DNA from: an uncultured Alphaproteobacteria bacterium
GTDB taxonomy: Bacteria; Pseudomonadota; Alphaproteobacteria; HIMB59
Assembly (NCBI GenBank): GCA_902515765.1
Contig: CABXVZ010000002.1
Location: 2,067 to 66,066 of the forward strand
Reading direction: 5' to 3'
Length of the DNA stretch: 64,000 bases
The position numbers and the translations under genes were made by a program. Shown here piece by piece: positions 17,716-27,846 of the stretch (position 1 is the stretch's first letter; every line of letters begins with the position of its first letter). Below the pieces are notes generated by a model. It made no database searches. It was not told the origin of the DNA and saw only the letters and a list, made by a program, of their open reading frames with translations.

Positions 17716-18487
17716 TTTAATTGATAGCCATGTCAATTTTGGGCATGATCTGCTCAAAAATGATTTCAAAAGGATTTATGAAGAATCCCTCAATGAAGGA
17801 ATTGAGAGAATGCTATGTATTAACTCAAACCTTCATAACTTTCAAAAAGATTTTGAATTAGTTAAAAATCATAAATTTATTGATATGAGTGTTGGTCATC
17901 ATCCAAATAGCACAGGGGAAATTGAGTCTAGTGAAATTCCTAAATTTATTGAACAGTATATTAACGATTCTGATAATAAAATTGTTGGAATAGGGGAAAC
18001 AGGACTAGATTATCATTATCAGGTCCCAAGAATAAAACAGATAGAATGTTTCGAACTACATTTAGAATTAGCCTCTAAGTATCATATGCCTATTATCGTT
18101 CATATGAGAGATGCTGAGGAAGATATGATAGATATACTGAGTAAATACAGGGCAAAACTCTCAAATATTCTCATACACTGCTTCACAGGCAGTCAAAACT
18201 TTGCAAATCAGTGCATTGAAATGGATTGCTATTATTCATTATCTGGAATTATAACCTTTAAAAATGCTGATATTTTAAGGAATGTTATTAAAACACTTCC
18301 TTTAAATAGGATAATCTTTGAAACAGATAGTCCTTATCTAACTCCGGATCCTTTCAGGGGAAAAACAAATGAGCCAAAGTATCTGAAAACAATTATTGAG
18401 AAATATTCAAAAATTATGTCTACTGACCTAGAAAATATCAAAAAAGAGAGTACTTCAAATTACAAGAAATTATTTCAAATATTTTAA
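17708..18487 (+). CDS. tatD: TatD family DNase
   Basis: DSH, GETGLDY, HCFTG, ETDSPYL. Confidence 0.92.
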   Translation: MSNLIDSHVNFGHDLLKNDFKRIYEESLNEGIERMLCINSNLHNFQKDFELVKNHKFIDMSVGHHPNSTGEIESSEIPKFIEQYINDSDNKIVGIGETGLDYHYQVPRIKQIECFELHLELASKYHMPIIVHMRDAEEDMIDILSKYRAKLSNILIHCFTGSQNFANQCIEMDCYYSLSGIITFKNADILRNVIKTLPLNRIIFETDSPYLTPDPFRGKTNEPKYLKTIIEKYSKIMSTDLENIKKESTSNYKKLFQIF

Positions 18488-18491
18488 ATAA

Positions 18492-19274
18492 ATGACTAAT
18501 AAAATTGAATTAACTGTACTAGGTTGTGGTTCTAGCTTCGGAGTGCCATTATCACATAATATATGGGGAAATTGTGACAGCACTAACCCCAAAAATTACA
18601 GAACAAGACCTTCAATTTATTTAAAAAAGGCTGATAAATCTATCCTTATAGACACTAGCCCTGATTTAAGACATCAGTTAATTACTAACAAAATAGATAC
18701 AGTAGACTCTGTTATATTTACCCATGCCCACGCAGACCATACCCATGGAATTAATGATTTAAGGTCAATCGCATTAATAAATAAGAAAAAAATACCTGTA
18801 TTTGCTGATAGAATTTCATTAAATACGATTAAAAATAGTTTTTCATATCTATTTACAAAAAATGATAAGCATGGTTATGAGCCTATTCTTCAAAAAAACA
18901 TTATTGATAATGAGATGTTAGATTTAAATGGATTTAAAATTAGAGTTGTTAAGCAAAATCATGGAAGTACGGACTCATATGGCTTCATTTTTGATGATAA
19001 ATTAGCTTATAATCTTGATATTAAACACTTTTATGACAAAAATTACTTAGAAGGAATAAAGGGCATTAAATGTTGGTTCGTAGGGTGTTTAAGGTATGAA
19101 GATCATCCTTCTCATGCCAGTTATGAAGAAGTTATGAATTGGACCAATAAAGTTAATGCTAAACAAACATTTCTAAGCCATATGACGGCTATAATTGACT
19201 ATGATACGGAATATTCAAAGTTAAGTGCTAAGAACGTGTATCCAGCATATGATGGTCTTAAAATTAGTTTATAA
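18492..19274 (+). CDS. MBL-fold hydrolase (PhnP-like)
   Basis: LGCGSSFGVP, THAHADHTHG; usual neighbour of tatD. Confidence 0.9.
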   Translation: MTNKIELTVLGCGSSFGVPLSHNIWGNCDSTNPKNYRTRPSIYLKKADKSILIDTSPDLRHQLITNKIDTVDSVIFTHAHADHTHGINDLRSIALINKKKIPVFADRISLNTIKNSFSYLFTKNDKHGYEPILQKNIIDNEMLDLNGFKIRVVKQNHGSTDSYGFIFDDKLAYNLDIKHFYDKNYLEGIKGIKCWFVGCLRYEDHPSHASYEEVMNWTNKVNAKQTFLSHMTAIIDYDTEYSKLSAKNVYPAYDGLKISL

Positions 19275-19282
19275 ACTTAGTT

Positions 19283-19510
19283 TTAATCATGGTCGTGACT
19301 AGAGATTTTTTCCTTTAAATTAGTGCAGATTTCTTCAGATTCTGCCATTAAAATTGTACCACTTATTTCACAAGGAAAATTATAATTAAGCTGAGTTTCT
19401 GTATTTTCATTCTCTCCATCATTATGATTCGAGCAATTACTAGCTAGTGCCAAATTATAAAAACCTGGCGCTATTAAAAAAATAATCGTTAATATTCGTA
19501 ATAATTTCAT
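19283..19510 (-). CDS. small secreted hypothetical protein
   Basis: Signal peptide ending ALA-S; three Cys; C-terminal HDHD. Confidence 0.55.
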   Translation of the reverse strand: MKLLRILTIIFLIAPGFYNLALASNCSNHNDGENENTETQLNYNFPCEISGTILMAESEEICTNLKEKISSHDHD

Positions 19511-19634
19511 TCTTTACTTATAATGTTATTGTCATAAAAATAGTTTTTGGATTAAGTTTTTTTTTATTATTTATTCCTATAATATATATTATGCAACAAT
19601 TATATATATCTTATTTACTTCGATGTTTGTTAAA

Positions 19635-19651
19635 TGCATCAAAATGATGCA
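19635..19651. promoter_or_regulatory. 7-3-7 palindrome resembling an NtrC-family box
   Basis: TGCATCA-AAA-TGATGCA versus consensus TGCACCA-N3-TGGTGCA. Confidence 0.35.
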
Positions 19652-19678
19652 AAAGTGCTGCTTAAGAGTGTATTGCTA

Positions 19679-19951
19679 TTATTCTGATTTATTAAACTTT
19701 GATCTTACAATTTTTGGAGCTGTTGCAAAAGTTGCAGCAGTTATAAAAGTGCCAAAAATTAGCAGAAAGTGTGCCGCTGCAGTTATTCCAAAAACAACAA
19801 ATGATCCGAAATATAAAGAGAAAATAATACACCACATCCAAGCTAAAACCTGCATAATTAGGTGTCTAAGGGCCAAATCTGGTATTTTTCTTAGAGGATT
19901 CCAGTCAGCATCCATAACTCCACTGTACATTTGATATAACATTTTTTTCAT
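19679..19951 (-). CDS. small hypothetical membrane protein
   Basis: NPLRKIPD...RHLIMQVLAWMWC followed by two TM segments. Confidence 0.7.
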   Translation of the reverse strand: MKKMLYQMYSGVMDADWNPLRKIPDLALRHLIMQVLAWMWCIIFSLYFGSFVVFGITAAAHFLLIFGTFITAATFATAPKIVRSKFNKSE

Positions 19952-20030
19952 GTAGTTTTATACATGCGACAGGAATGACCAGATCAAATAAAACTTTAAA
20001 AAAAAATAATATTAAATATTGTTGATATAA

Positions 20031-20621
20031 ATGAGAAAAATTGAATTTTGGTACTCTATAGGAAGCACTTACACTTACCTCTCTACACAAAGATTACTAA
20101 ATGTTGAGCAGCAAAATAACGTTGAATTTGAATGGTTCCCATTTAGCGTTAGGGCAAGAATGATTGAAATGGAGAATGTTCCATTTATGGCAGAAAAAAA
20201 ACGACATAAGATTGACTACATGTGGAGAGATGTTCAAAGAAGAGCAGGTTTTTACGGCTTTAAGGCTAAAGTTCCTGCACCCTATCCTCTCAAGGAATTT
20301 GATTTGGCTAATAAAGTTGCAATATTGGGTAAGAAAGAGGGTTGGATAAATGAATATACAATTTTAACTTATAAAAAATGGTTTATGGACCATCAAGAGC
20401 CAGGATCAGAGCCCAATTTGAGCTCAACTTTAAATGAGATAGGTTTAGATGCAGTTAAAACTATAAAATTGGCTCAAACAGATGAAATTGAAAAAATATA
20501 CCTTAAAAATACTGAAATGGCGAAAAACAAGGGTATTTTTGGAAGCCCCTCTTTTGTTGTTGATAATGAGGTATTTTGGGGTGACGACAGGTGTGAGGAT
20601 GCCATCAAATGGTTATCTTAA
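20031..20621 (+). CDS. DsbA-like 2-hydroxychromene-2-carboxylate isomerase / GST-kappa family protein
   Basis: IEFWYSIGSTYTY, YMWRDVQR, GIFGSPSF, FWGDDR. Confidence 0.88.
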   Translation: MRKIEFWYSIGSTYTYLSTQRLLNVEQQNNVEFEWFPFSVRARMIEMENVPFMAEKKRHKIDYMWRDVQRRAGFYGFKAKVPAPYPLKEFDLANKVAILGKKEGWINEYTILTYKKWFMDHQEPGSEPNLSSTLNEIGLDAVKTIKLAQTDEIEKIYLKNTEMAKNKGIFGSPSFVVDNEVFWGDDRCEDAIKWLS

Positions 20622-21160
20622 ATAGTCCCTAAAAAGCATTTTTTTGCGTTTTCAGCTATGTTAAATTTAAAAGTAATGCAATTATCTATGAAAAATTATT
20701 AAATTTAGTATTGATTTTAATTATATAATATTGATAATGCTTGATCTTCAAAAATACATTTTTTAACATTTTTCATGAATGTCGTAATTTGCACGTGTTA
20801 TTGATCTGAAAATCCCTGATTTTTATTGTTCTTTTATTAAAAACAACAAAAAACTACCAATTTAAATATCTAGAATTATAATAATTAATGTGGAAATAAA
20901 GAACATTATTAAAAACCTAATAATTATAACATTTTTTCATATATCATTTACTCCTATACTCAAATAAAATCCAAAATATGTTGTTTTTTGGCAACGCACT
21001 CTCTTTTGCTTGGTTACACTCAATAATTTTACCAAAATCATTTCATTTCCTTTTTAAAATAAATTGGATAGAGAAAATAAATATATTAAAATAAATGCAG
21101 TTAATACAGTGTTTAATTCAAGATAACTATAAATATTGTAACTATTAAAGGAGCTATATC

Positions 21161-22978
21161 TTAAAAATTTCCAGCTTTAGAATATTTTTTTCTTTCATTA
21201 GGGTCTAAATATTTTTTTCTAAGCCTTAAATTAATTGGCGTAACTTCTAATAGTTCATCAGAATTAATATATGTCATCATTTCTTCTAAAGACATGATCT
21301 TTGGAGTTGTAAGATTAACAGCTTCATCGTTACCCGAAGCTCTAACATTGGTTAATTGTTTACCCTTCAATACGTTTATCTCTAAATCGTTATCTCTGCT
21401 GTGTTCTCCTACGACCATACCTTGATAAACTGGGGTATTATGTTTTACAAACATCACACCTCTGTCCTGAAGCTTCCAAATAGCATAAGCAATTGCTTTA
21501 CCATCACCAGTTGATATTAAAGCCCCTGCTCTTCTCTCAGTAATATCGCCTTTAAACGGCTTATAAGTATTAAAAACTCTATTAATAACTCCAGTTCCTC
21601 TGGTATCAGTAAGGAATTTACTTTGATATCCTATTAGGCCCCTTGAAGGTGCGATGAAAAGAAGTCTCGTTTTATCACTACCTGACTGCCTCATATCTAA
21701 CATTTCAGCTTTTCTTTGGTTCATTCCATCAATTACGATGCTGGAGAACTCCTCATCAACATCTATAGTAACCTCTTCATATGGCTCGCTTTTAATACCA
21801 TCTATATCCTTGTAAACAACTCTTGGTCTAGAAAGAGTTAACTCAAAACCCTCTCTTCTCATGGTCTCTATCAAAACACCTAGTTGAAGTTCGCCTCTTC
21901 CACCAATTTCAAATGAATCTTTATTTTCATTTTCAGAAAATGTTATGGCCACATTTGTCTCGGCCTCAGCCATAAGTCTATTTCTAATTAATGTTGATGT
22001 TACTTTTTTTCCTTCAGTTCCAGCTAATGGAGAGTCATTTACCATAATATTAACAGACATAGTTGGTGGATCGATTGGATTAGACTTTATGGGAGTTGTG
22101 ACTTCCGTTGAACAAATCGTATCTGCCACTGATGTAGCCGATAAGCCAGCAATACAAACTATATCTCCAGTATTTACTTCATCGACTACTATTTTTTTCA
22201 TTCCCTCAAATTTTAAGAGTTTCGTTAATCTTCCTGTTTCAACTATTTTTCCTGATAAATCTATGGAATGGACGCTATCATTAATCTTTGCAGATCCCTG
22301 TTCTACTCTTCCAACTAAACATCTGCCTAAATAAGGATCTGAGTCTAATAAGGTAGAAAGCATTGCAAAAGGCTTAGAATTATCAACGTCAGGAGACGGG
22401 ACATGATCAATTATTTTATCTAAAAGAGGTGTTAAGTTTAATCTGTCTTCATTAAGTTCATTAACACACCATCCGCTTCTTCCAGAAGCGTAAAGTACTG
22501 GAAAATCTAACTGCTCAGTACTAGCGTCTAAAGAAACGAATAAATCAAATACCTCATTGAGAACATCATCTGGTCTGGCATCAGATTTATCTATTTTATT
22601 AATAACAACTATTGGCCTAAGTCCTTGTTTTAAGGCTTTGCCTAAGACAAATTTTGTTTGTGGCATTGGTCCTTCAGAAGAGTCAATTAGAAGAATAACT
22701 CCATCAACCATTGAGAGAACACGTTCAACCTCTCCTCCAAAATCAGCATGTCCAGGAGTGTCTATGATATTAACCCTGGTGTTATTAAAAATTATAGACG
22801 TTGGTTTAGCTAATATTGTAATGCCTCGCTCTTTTTCCAAATCATTTGAATCCATTATTCTTTCAGTAACCTCTTGGTTTTCTCTGAATATCCCACACTG
22901 TTTTAAGAGGTTATCAATAAGCGTGGTTTTTCCATGGTCTACATGAGCAATAATTGCAAGATTCTTGATTGTGTTCAT
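21161..22978 (-). CDS. typA: translational GTPase TypA/BipA
   Basis: AHVDHGKTT, RGITILAK, DTPGHADFGGEVER, NKID, GRGELQL. Confidence 0.98.
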   Translation of the reverse strand: MNTIKNLAIIAHVDHGKTTLIDNLLKQCGIFRENQEVTERIMDSNDLEKERGITILAKPTSIIFNNTRVNIIDTPGHADFGGEVERVLSMVDGVILLIDSSEGPMPQTKFVLGKALKQGLRPIVVINKIDKSDARPDDVLNEVFDLFVSLDASTEQLDFPVLYASGRSGWCVNELNEDRLNLTPLLDKIIDHVPSPDVDNSKPFAMLSTLLDSDPYLGRCLVGRVEQGSAKINDSVHSIDLSGKIVETGRLTKLLKFEGMKKIVVDEVNTGDIVCIAGLSATSVADTICSTEVTTPIKSNPIDPPTMSVNIMVNDSPLAGTEGKKVTSTLIRNRLMAEAETNVAITFSENENKDSFEIGGRGELQLGVLIETMRREGFELTLSRPRVVYKDIDGIKSEPYEEVTIDVDEEFSSIVIDGMNQRKAEMLDMRQSGSDKTRLLFIAPSRGLIGYQSKFLTDTRGTGVINRVFNTYKPFKGDITERRAGALISTGDGKAIAYAIWKLQDRGVMFVKHNTPVYQGMVVGEHSRDNDLEINVLKGKQLTNVRASGNDEAVNLTTPKIMSLEEMMTYINSDELLEVTPINLRLRKKYLDPNERKKYSKAGNF

Positions 22979-23004
22979 TGAGATAACAGTCTTATAGATT
23001 AAAT

Positions 23005-23667
23005 TTATTCATTTAAAAGCTTATTCTTTGCCTCTGTAATTAGATTAGAAAGGTAATTATTTCCGTCTTTGTCTGGATGGAATTTTTTCATTAAGTCATA
23101 ATAAGCCTTTTTAATTTGCTGTGAATTTGCTCCATTTTGCAAACCTAAAATAGATAAAGCCTCTTCATCGCTCATTTGAGATGTAGAAGAACCCTGAGGA
23201 CCATTATTAGATGTTTGATTTATGATAACATTTAAAATATTAAATCCTTTCGGATCATTTTCCTTTAATTCTATTAAAAGTTTATCTACTTCATTTTTTG
23301 ATAAACTAGAAAAGCCCCTACCCTTAAATTCACCATTAATAATTTCAATAATTGCTTGTCTAGTCTGAACAATAATTTTTATACTTAGATATTTAGTATT
23401 AATTTTTGGTTTAAACTTACTACCAAAAGAAGATTTACTAAAAAGATTTAAAATACTTAATAAAGAAGAAATTCTTCTAAAAAAAAGTAATGCGGGAGCT
23501 AATGCCACTGGGAGAAAATTTAATTTTCCTGAAAATATTAATAAAGATCCTATTACTACAATAAAAAAAATTATGAAATATTTTTTATATTTATTTGATA
23601 GTTGATTGCCAAAAAAAATATAAATACAAACAGAAATTAAAATAATTAGAACTAAAAGTTTAATCAT
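23005..23667 (-). CDS. membrane-anchored protein with C-terminal DnaJ domain
   Basis: N-terminal TM helices; EALSILGL...HPDKDG. Confidence 0.85.
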   Translation of the reverse strand: MIKLLVLIILISVCIYIFFGNQLSNKYKKYFIIFFIVVIGSLLIFSGKLNFLPVALAPALLFFRRISSLLSILNLFSKSSFGSKFKPKINTKYLSIKIIVQTRQAIIEIINGEFKGRGFSSLSKNEVDKLLIELKENDPKGFNILNVIINQTSNNGPQGSSTSQMSDEEALSILGLQNGANSQQIKKAYYDLMKKFHPDKDGNNYLSNLITEAKNKLLNE

Positions 23668-24242
23668 CCAAGATTAACTCTTAATTCTTTTATTTTTTGC
23701 TCTCTCCCACAACTAAATTTATAATAATTATATCTTATAGGGTTAATTTTATAGTAATTTTGATGATAATCCTCAGCTAGAAAAAAATTTTTAAAAGGTA
23801 AAATTAAAACCTCAACTTTTTTATCGTGATTAGTCTCTATTACTTTTATTAAATTACTAGCCTCCTCTAATAGTTTTTGATCGTTAGAAAATATTGCACT
23901 TTTGTATGAATAACCTCTATCACAAAATTGACCACCACTATCAAATGGATCAATATTTAAAAATAAAGATTTTAATAATTTTTTGGTGCTTATTACGTCG
24001 GAATTATAATCAATTTTAACAGCCTCTATATGACCAGTTTGCCCTTTAACAACTTGCTCGTATGTTGGGTTATCAAGATGTCCACCTGAATAACCGGAGT
24101 AAACTTCTTCTACTCCTTCCAACTTTTCAAAAACCTCTTCAACACACCAAAAACAGCCGCCAGCAAAATAAACTGATTGAACACTACTAAATGCTAAAAA
24201 GGGTATAAGAATAATTCCTAAAAAATAAAAAAGTATCTTCAT
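23664..24242 (-). CDS. msrA: peptide-methionine (S)-S-oxide reductase, exported
   Basis: FAGGCFWCVE, GYSGG, AEDYHQNYY; signal peptide. Confidence 0.95.
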   Translation of the reverse strand: MKILFYFLGIILIPFLAFSSVQSVYFAGGCFWCVEEVFEKLEGVEEVYSGYSGGHLDNPTYEQVVKGQTGHIEAVKIDYNSDVISTKKLLKSLFLNIDPFDSGGQFCDRGYSYKSAIFSNDQKLLEEASNLIKVIETNHDKKVEVLILPFKNFFLAEDYHQNYYKINPIRYNYYKFSCGREQKIKELRVNLG

Positions 24243-25081
24243 ATTGAATTTATAAATTCCTTTCTAAGCCTTTGGCTAAATGAACCTGGCTTTCCATTAG
24301 ATATTTTGTAACTATCTACTTTGATTATGGGCATTATAAAATTAGTAGCACTAGTCATAAAAACCTCATCGGCATCAAGAAGGGCTTTTTTTGAAAATAG
24401 TTTTTCTTTAAATTTAAATTTATGGGCTTTTAAAATAGTAATTAATTTATTTCGTGTACAACCTTTTAATATTCTATAAGTCAGGGGATGTGTGTAGCAA
24501 ATATTCTTTTTAATAATCCAAATACTTGAGGAATTACCTTCGGTAATATTGTTCTTATGATCAAATAGTATCGCTTCATGAGAGTTATTTTTTTTTGCAT
24601 GATTGGCAGCCATTACATTACCAAGTAAAGAAATACTTTTAATATCTGACCTTAGCCAACGTATATCTGGATATAATGATGTTTTAACTCCTTTTAAGGC
24701 AAGTTGATCTAGTTTTTTAAAATCTTTTTTAATTGAGTAGATTACTATGTTTGGTTTCATAATGTTTTTATATTTATGGTCTCTTGGATGCTGGTCACCT
24801 CTTGTAACTTGAAGATAAATAATACCGTTTGAAATTTTATTGAGTTTTTTAATTTTATGGGAGATATTTTGAATCTGTTTGCTAGAAAGATTAATTTTAA
24901 TATTCAGTTTATTTAAGGATGTTCTCAATCTATCAAGATGAAGATTTTCATCGACAAATTTATTATTATAAATTGCTATGACTTCATAAACTCCATCAGA
25001 AAATTGAAAGCCTCTATCAGTGACACTGATTGATGATTGGCTAAGTTTTTTGTATTTTCCGTTAATATAACAAGCTGTCAT
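24239..25081 (-). CDS. dat: D-amino-acid aminotransferase (class IV PLP)
   Basis: DRGFQFSDGVYEV, YLQVTRG, DIKSISLL, ITEG, ILKGCTR. Confidence 0.8.
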   Translation of the reverse strand: MTACYINGKYKKLSQSSISVTDRGFQFSDGVYEVIAIYNNKFVDENLHLDRLRTSLNKLNIKINLSSKQIQNISHKIKKLNKISNGIIYLQVTRGDQHPRDHKYKNIMKPNIVIYSIKKDFKKLDQLALKGVKTSLYPDIRWLRSDIKSISLLGNVMAANHAKKNNSHEAILFDHKNNITEGNSSSIWIIKKNICYTHPLTYRILKGCTRNKLITILKAHKFKFKEKLFSKKALLDADEVFMTSATNFIMPIIKVDSYKISNGKPGSFSQRLRKEFINSI

Positions 25082-25109
25082 GTGAATGTGTTTTGATTAT
25101 ACTAATATC

Positions 25110-25910
25110 ATGAATCTAAAAAGACGAGATTTTATTAAAAAATTTTCTTGTTGTTGTTGCGCTCCCCTATTGCTCTCTTCCTGCACTGAAGTGGCAATTA
25201 CTAATAGAAAGCAGCTTTCTTTTGTCTCTGAGGATCGCATTAATAAAAAGGCTATTCAAGCTTACGAAACTATTAAAGAAAATGAAAATTTAATTAAATC
25301 AGGTTCTGAATTTAGGGCCTTAAATGAGGTTGGAAAAAGAGTAACAGGATCTGTTGAGCAGTATTTTAAAAATATGGGGCAGTTAGATGCCCTTAAGGAC
25401 TATAATTGGGAATTTATACTAATTGACGATAAAGAGACCTTAAACGCATGGTGTATGCCAGGAGGTAAAATAGCATTCTACACGGGTATTTTAGATATTA
25501 CGGCCAATACAGATGGATTAGCCTCTGTTATGGGCCACGAAATAGCACATGCTGTTGCAAAACACAGTTTAGAGAGAGCTAGTCAAGCATTAGCCATAAA
25601 TGTTGGCACAACTATTTTAGATATAGCTCTTGAGGGGGCTCTTTCTAGTTCGTCAGCAGATGATTACTTAGTTAGCTTAGGATTATCATTGCCCTTTAAC
25701 AGATTACAAGAATCTGAGGCTGATTATTTAGGATTAGCTTTTATGACAATGGCAGAATATGACAATAATGAGGCATATAAAGTTTGGGAGAGAATGAAAA
25801 AAGCACAGAAAGGCTCACCCCCAGAGTTCTTATCAACCCACCCCTCGCCTAAAAACAGGATTCAAAAAATCAAGAATTGGATACCTGAGGTAAATGCACG
25901 CTTCTCCTAA
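25110..25910 (+). CDS. M48 family metallopeptidase lipoprotein
   Basis: KRRDFIK Tat-like leader, LSSC lipobox, NAWCMPGG, HEIAH, ESEAD, FLSTHPS. Alternative start at 25086. Confidence 0.92.
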   Translation: MNLKRRDFIKKFSCCCCAPLLLSSCTEVAITNRKQLSFVSEDRINKKAIQAYETIKENENLIKSGSEFRALNEVGKRVTGSVEQYFKNMGQLDALKDYNWEFILIDDKETLNAWCMPGGKIAFYTGILDITANTDGLASVMGHEIAHAVAKHSLERASQALAINVGTTILDIALEGALSSSSADDYLVSLGLSLPFNRLQESEADYLGLAFMTMAEYDNNEAYKVWERMKKAQKGSPPEFLSTHPSPKNRIQKIKNWIPEVNARFS

Positions 25911-25950
25911 ATCATTAAATATTTAATAAAAAACTATGCTAATATGAAAT

Positions 25951-26151
25951 ATGACCAATACTAAAAAGAAAATTACAAAAAAAACTATTAAAAATAAAGA
26001 CAGTGAAATCAAACGCTTAGAAAAGAAAATTGATCACCTTTATAAGAGATTAGATGGTCATATAAATAAAATTGATACAGTTTATGCAAGACTTGAAGCA
26101 AACTTTTCTGGCATTGAGAGACTTCTCTCCTTTTTTAGACTAAAAAAATAG
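25951..26151 (+). CDS. hypothetical coiled-coil protein
   Basis: 66-aa ORF that fills the gap between genes. Confidence 0.55.
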   Translation: MTNTKKKITKKTIKNKDSEIKRLEKKIDHLYKRLDGHINKIDTVYARLEANFSGIERLLSFFRLKK

Positions 26152-26154
26152 CAA

Positions 26155-26724
26155 TCAAACCTCTGAGTAATTAATACTTACTGATAAACTATCTAAAATG
26201 CCAAAATAATTATCAGAAAACCACTGTTTGACTAATTTTTTAGGCACAATCACTGGGCTCCTGTCATGAATATGTTTTATATTTTGTTCACTAGCCTTTG
26301 TTAAAATAGAGTATTCATTACCCTCATTTGTTTCTCTATAGACTGCTGCGAAGTAAGAAATCTTCTCTTTTGTTTGTAATTTAAATTTTTTTTTAAGGGG
26401 TGGAATATTTTGCCATTCAAAATAAGAGTTAAAAGGTACTAAACATCTTTTTTTCATTATTAAATCTTTACTAAAATTTTTATCTGACACGGTTTCTGAT
26501 CTCAAATTAAATAAAACTCTACCTTTCGAAAGCCAATCATAAGACAGACCCCATTTGAATAGTTCAAACAGGTATTCTTTGTTGTTAAAAAAAATTACAG
26601 GGTTTTCGGATGAAGGGCTAATATCAGTGTTTTTAAAAGAAAATATTTTTGGAAATTTAGTTACAGTATCTTTTTTGAAATTAGATTTTGAATTTTCTAA
26701 GTTAAGTGAGTATCTACCACACAA
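26155..26724 (-). CDS. SOS-response-associated peptidase (SRAP/YedK)
   Basis: N-terminal (M)CGRY, NLRSET, RCLVP, YFEW, IHDRSPV. Confidence 0.92.
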   Translation of the reverse strand: MCGRYSLNLENSKSNFKKDTVTKFPKIFSFKNTDISPSSENPVIFFNNKEYLFELFKWGLSYDWLSKGRVLFNLRSETVSDKNFSKDLIMKKRCLVPFNSYFEWQNIPPLKKKFKLQTKEKISYFAAVYRETNEGNEYSILTKASEQNIKHIHDRSPVIVPKKLVKQWFSDNYFGILDSLSVSINYSEV

Positions 26725-26732
26725 TGTATAGG

Positions 26733-27818
26733 TTATAGTTTTCTAAAATTAAGGTAATTAGAAATATCAAAATTGTTATAGTTAGTTCTAAGATTTAAAA
26801 AATCAAAGTAACTGTCTCTAATTCTATTACCAATTTCCGTATCAGCATAATTATCTAATACACCTGTAACATTTTTCTTAGCTTCTAAAACTATATCTTC
26901 AGGAAGTTTTCTAAAATTAACACCTAGTGATTTTAATTTATCTATAGCCCTGACTTCTTTATACATGAAATCGGATAACATTTCTTGATTTTCTGACTGA
27001 CAAGCATATTGGATTATGCTTCTAGTACTATCATCAAAAGAATTCCATTTATCTAAGCTCATCCCTAAGGAAATAGAAACAGTTGGTTTTTTAAAATCTG
27101 GGTAATAACAATATTTTGTAACTTTATAAAAACCAAAAGCCAAATCCATCACAGGATTAGACCAATCAGCAGCATCTATAGCGCCACTAGATAATGCTTG
27201 AAGAATTTCTCCTCCGGGGATATTTACAGGTGTTGCACCCATACTCTTTAACAAGTCACCCCCCATACCTGGACTTCTAATTTTAATTTTAGATATATCA
27301 TCAACACTGTTAATTTCATTTTTAAACCATCCAAATAAAGTTGAACCAGTGTTTCCTACAACAAAATGCTTGAGGTTATAATTAGATCCTAATTCGTCCC
27401 ATAACTGTTGCCCTCCACCTAAATAAATCCATGAATTAAACTCTTCTGCAGTCATACCGAACGGAACTGCTGCGAAAAATGGATAGGCTTTATTTTTTCC
27501 ACCCCAATAAAATTCTGCAGAATGATACATATCAGCAGTCCCAGATGAAACAGCATCAAAGACCCCAAAAGGTGGCACTAATTCTCCTGCTGAATAAACA
27601 TTAACTTTAATTTTGTTGTTTGATAATTTTTCTATTCTTTTGGCCAATCTATTAGCACCTAGACCAATACCAGGGAAGTTTTCAGGCCAGGAGGTAACCA
27701 TACTTAGTTCATTTATGTTACTAGCATGAACATTAAAACTGCTTATGGAAGCAGCGCCTATTACAGGAATAGCTGCTTTTTTTATAAAACTTCTTCTATT
27801 AATTTTATTTTTTTTCAT
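26733..27818 (-). CDS. TRAP transporter solute-binding protein (DctP/TakP-like), Tat signal
   Basis: NRRSFIK, MVTSWP, AGELVP, GNTG, GWFKNEI. Confidence 0.9.
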   Translation of the reverse strand: MKKNKINRRSFIKKAAIPVIGAASISSFNVHASNINELSMVTSWPENFPGIGLGANRLAKRIEKLSNNKIKVNVYSAGELVPPFGVFDAVSSGTADMYHSAEFYWGGKNKAYPFFAAVPFGMTAEEFNSWIYLGGGQQLWDELGSNYNLKHFVVGNTGSTLFGWFKNEINSVDDISKIKIRSPGMGGDLLKSMGATPVNIPGGEILQALSSGAIDAADWSNPVMDLAFGFYKVTKYCYYPDFKKPTVSISLGMSLDKWNSFDDSTRSIIQYACQSENQEMLSDFMYKEVRAIDKLKSLGVNFRKLPEDIVLEAKKNVTGVLDNYADTEIGNRIRDSYFDFLNLRTNYNNFDISNYLNFRKL

Positions 27819-27846
27819 ATTTGTGTATTTATATTAACTATCAATC

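Noticed and set aside
19623-19934. 103-aa plus-strand ORF
   Set aside because: Antisense shadow of the more protein-like minus-strand gene 19679-19951.
21945-22946. Two 129-aa plus-strand ORFs
   Set aside because: Antisense shadows of typA.
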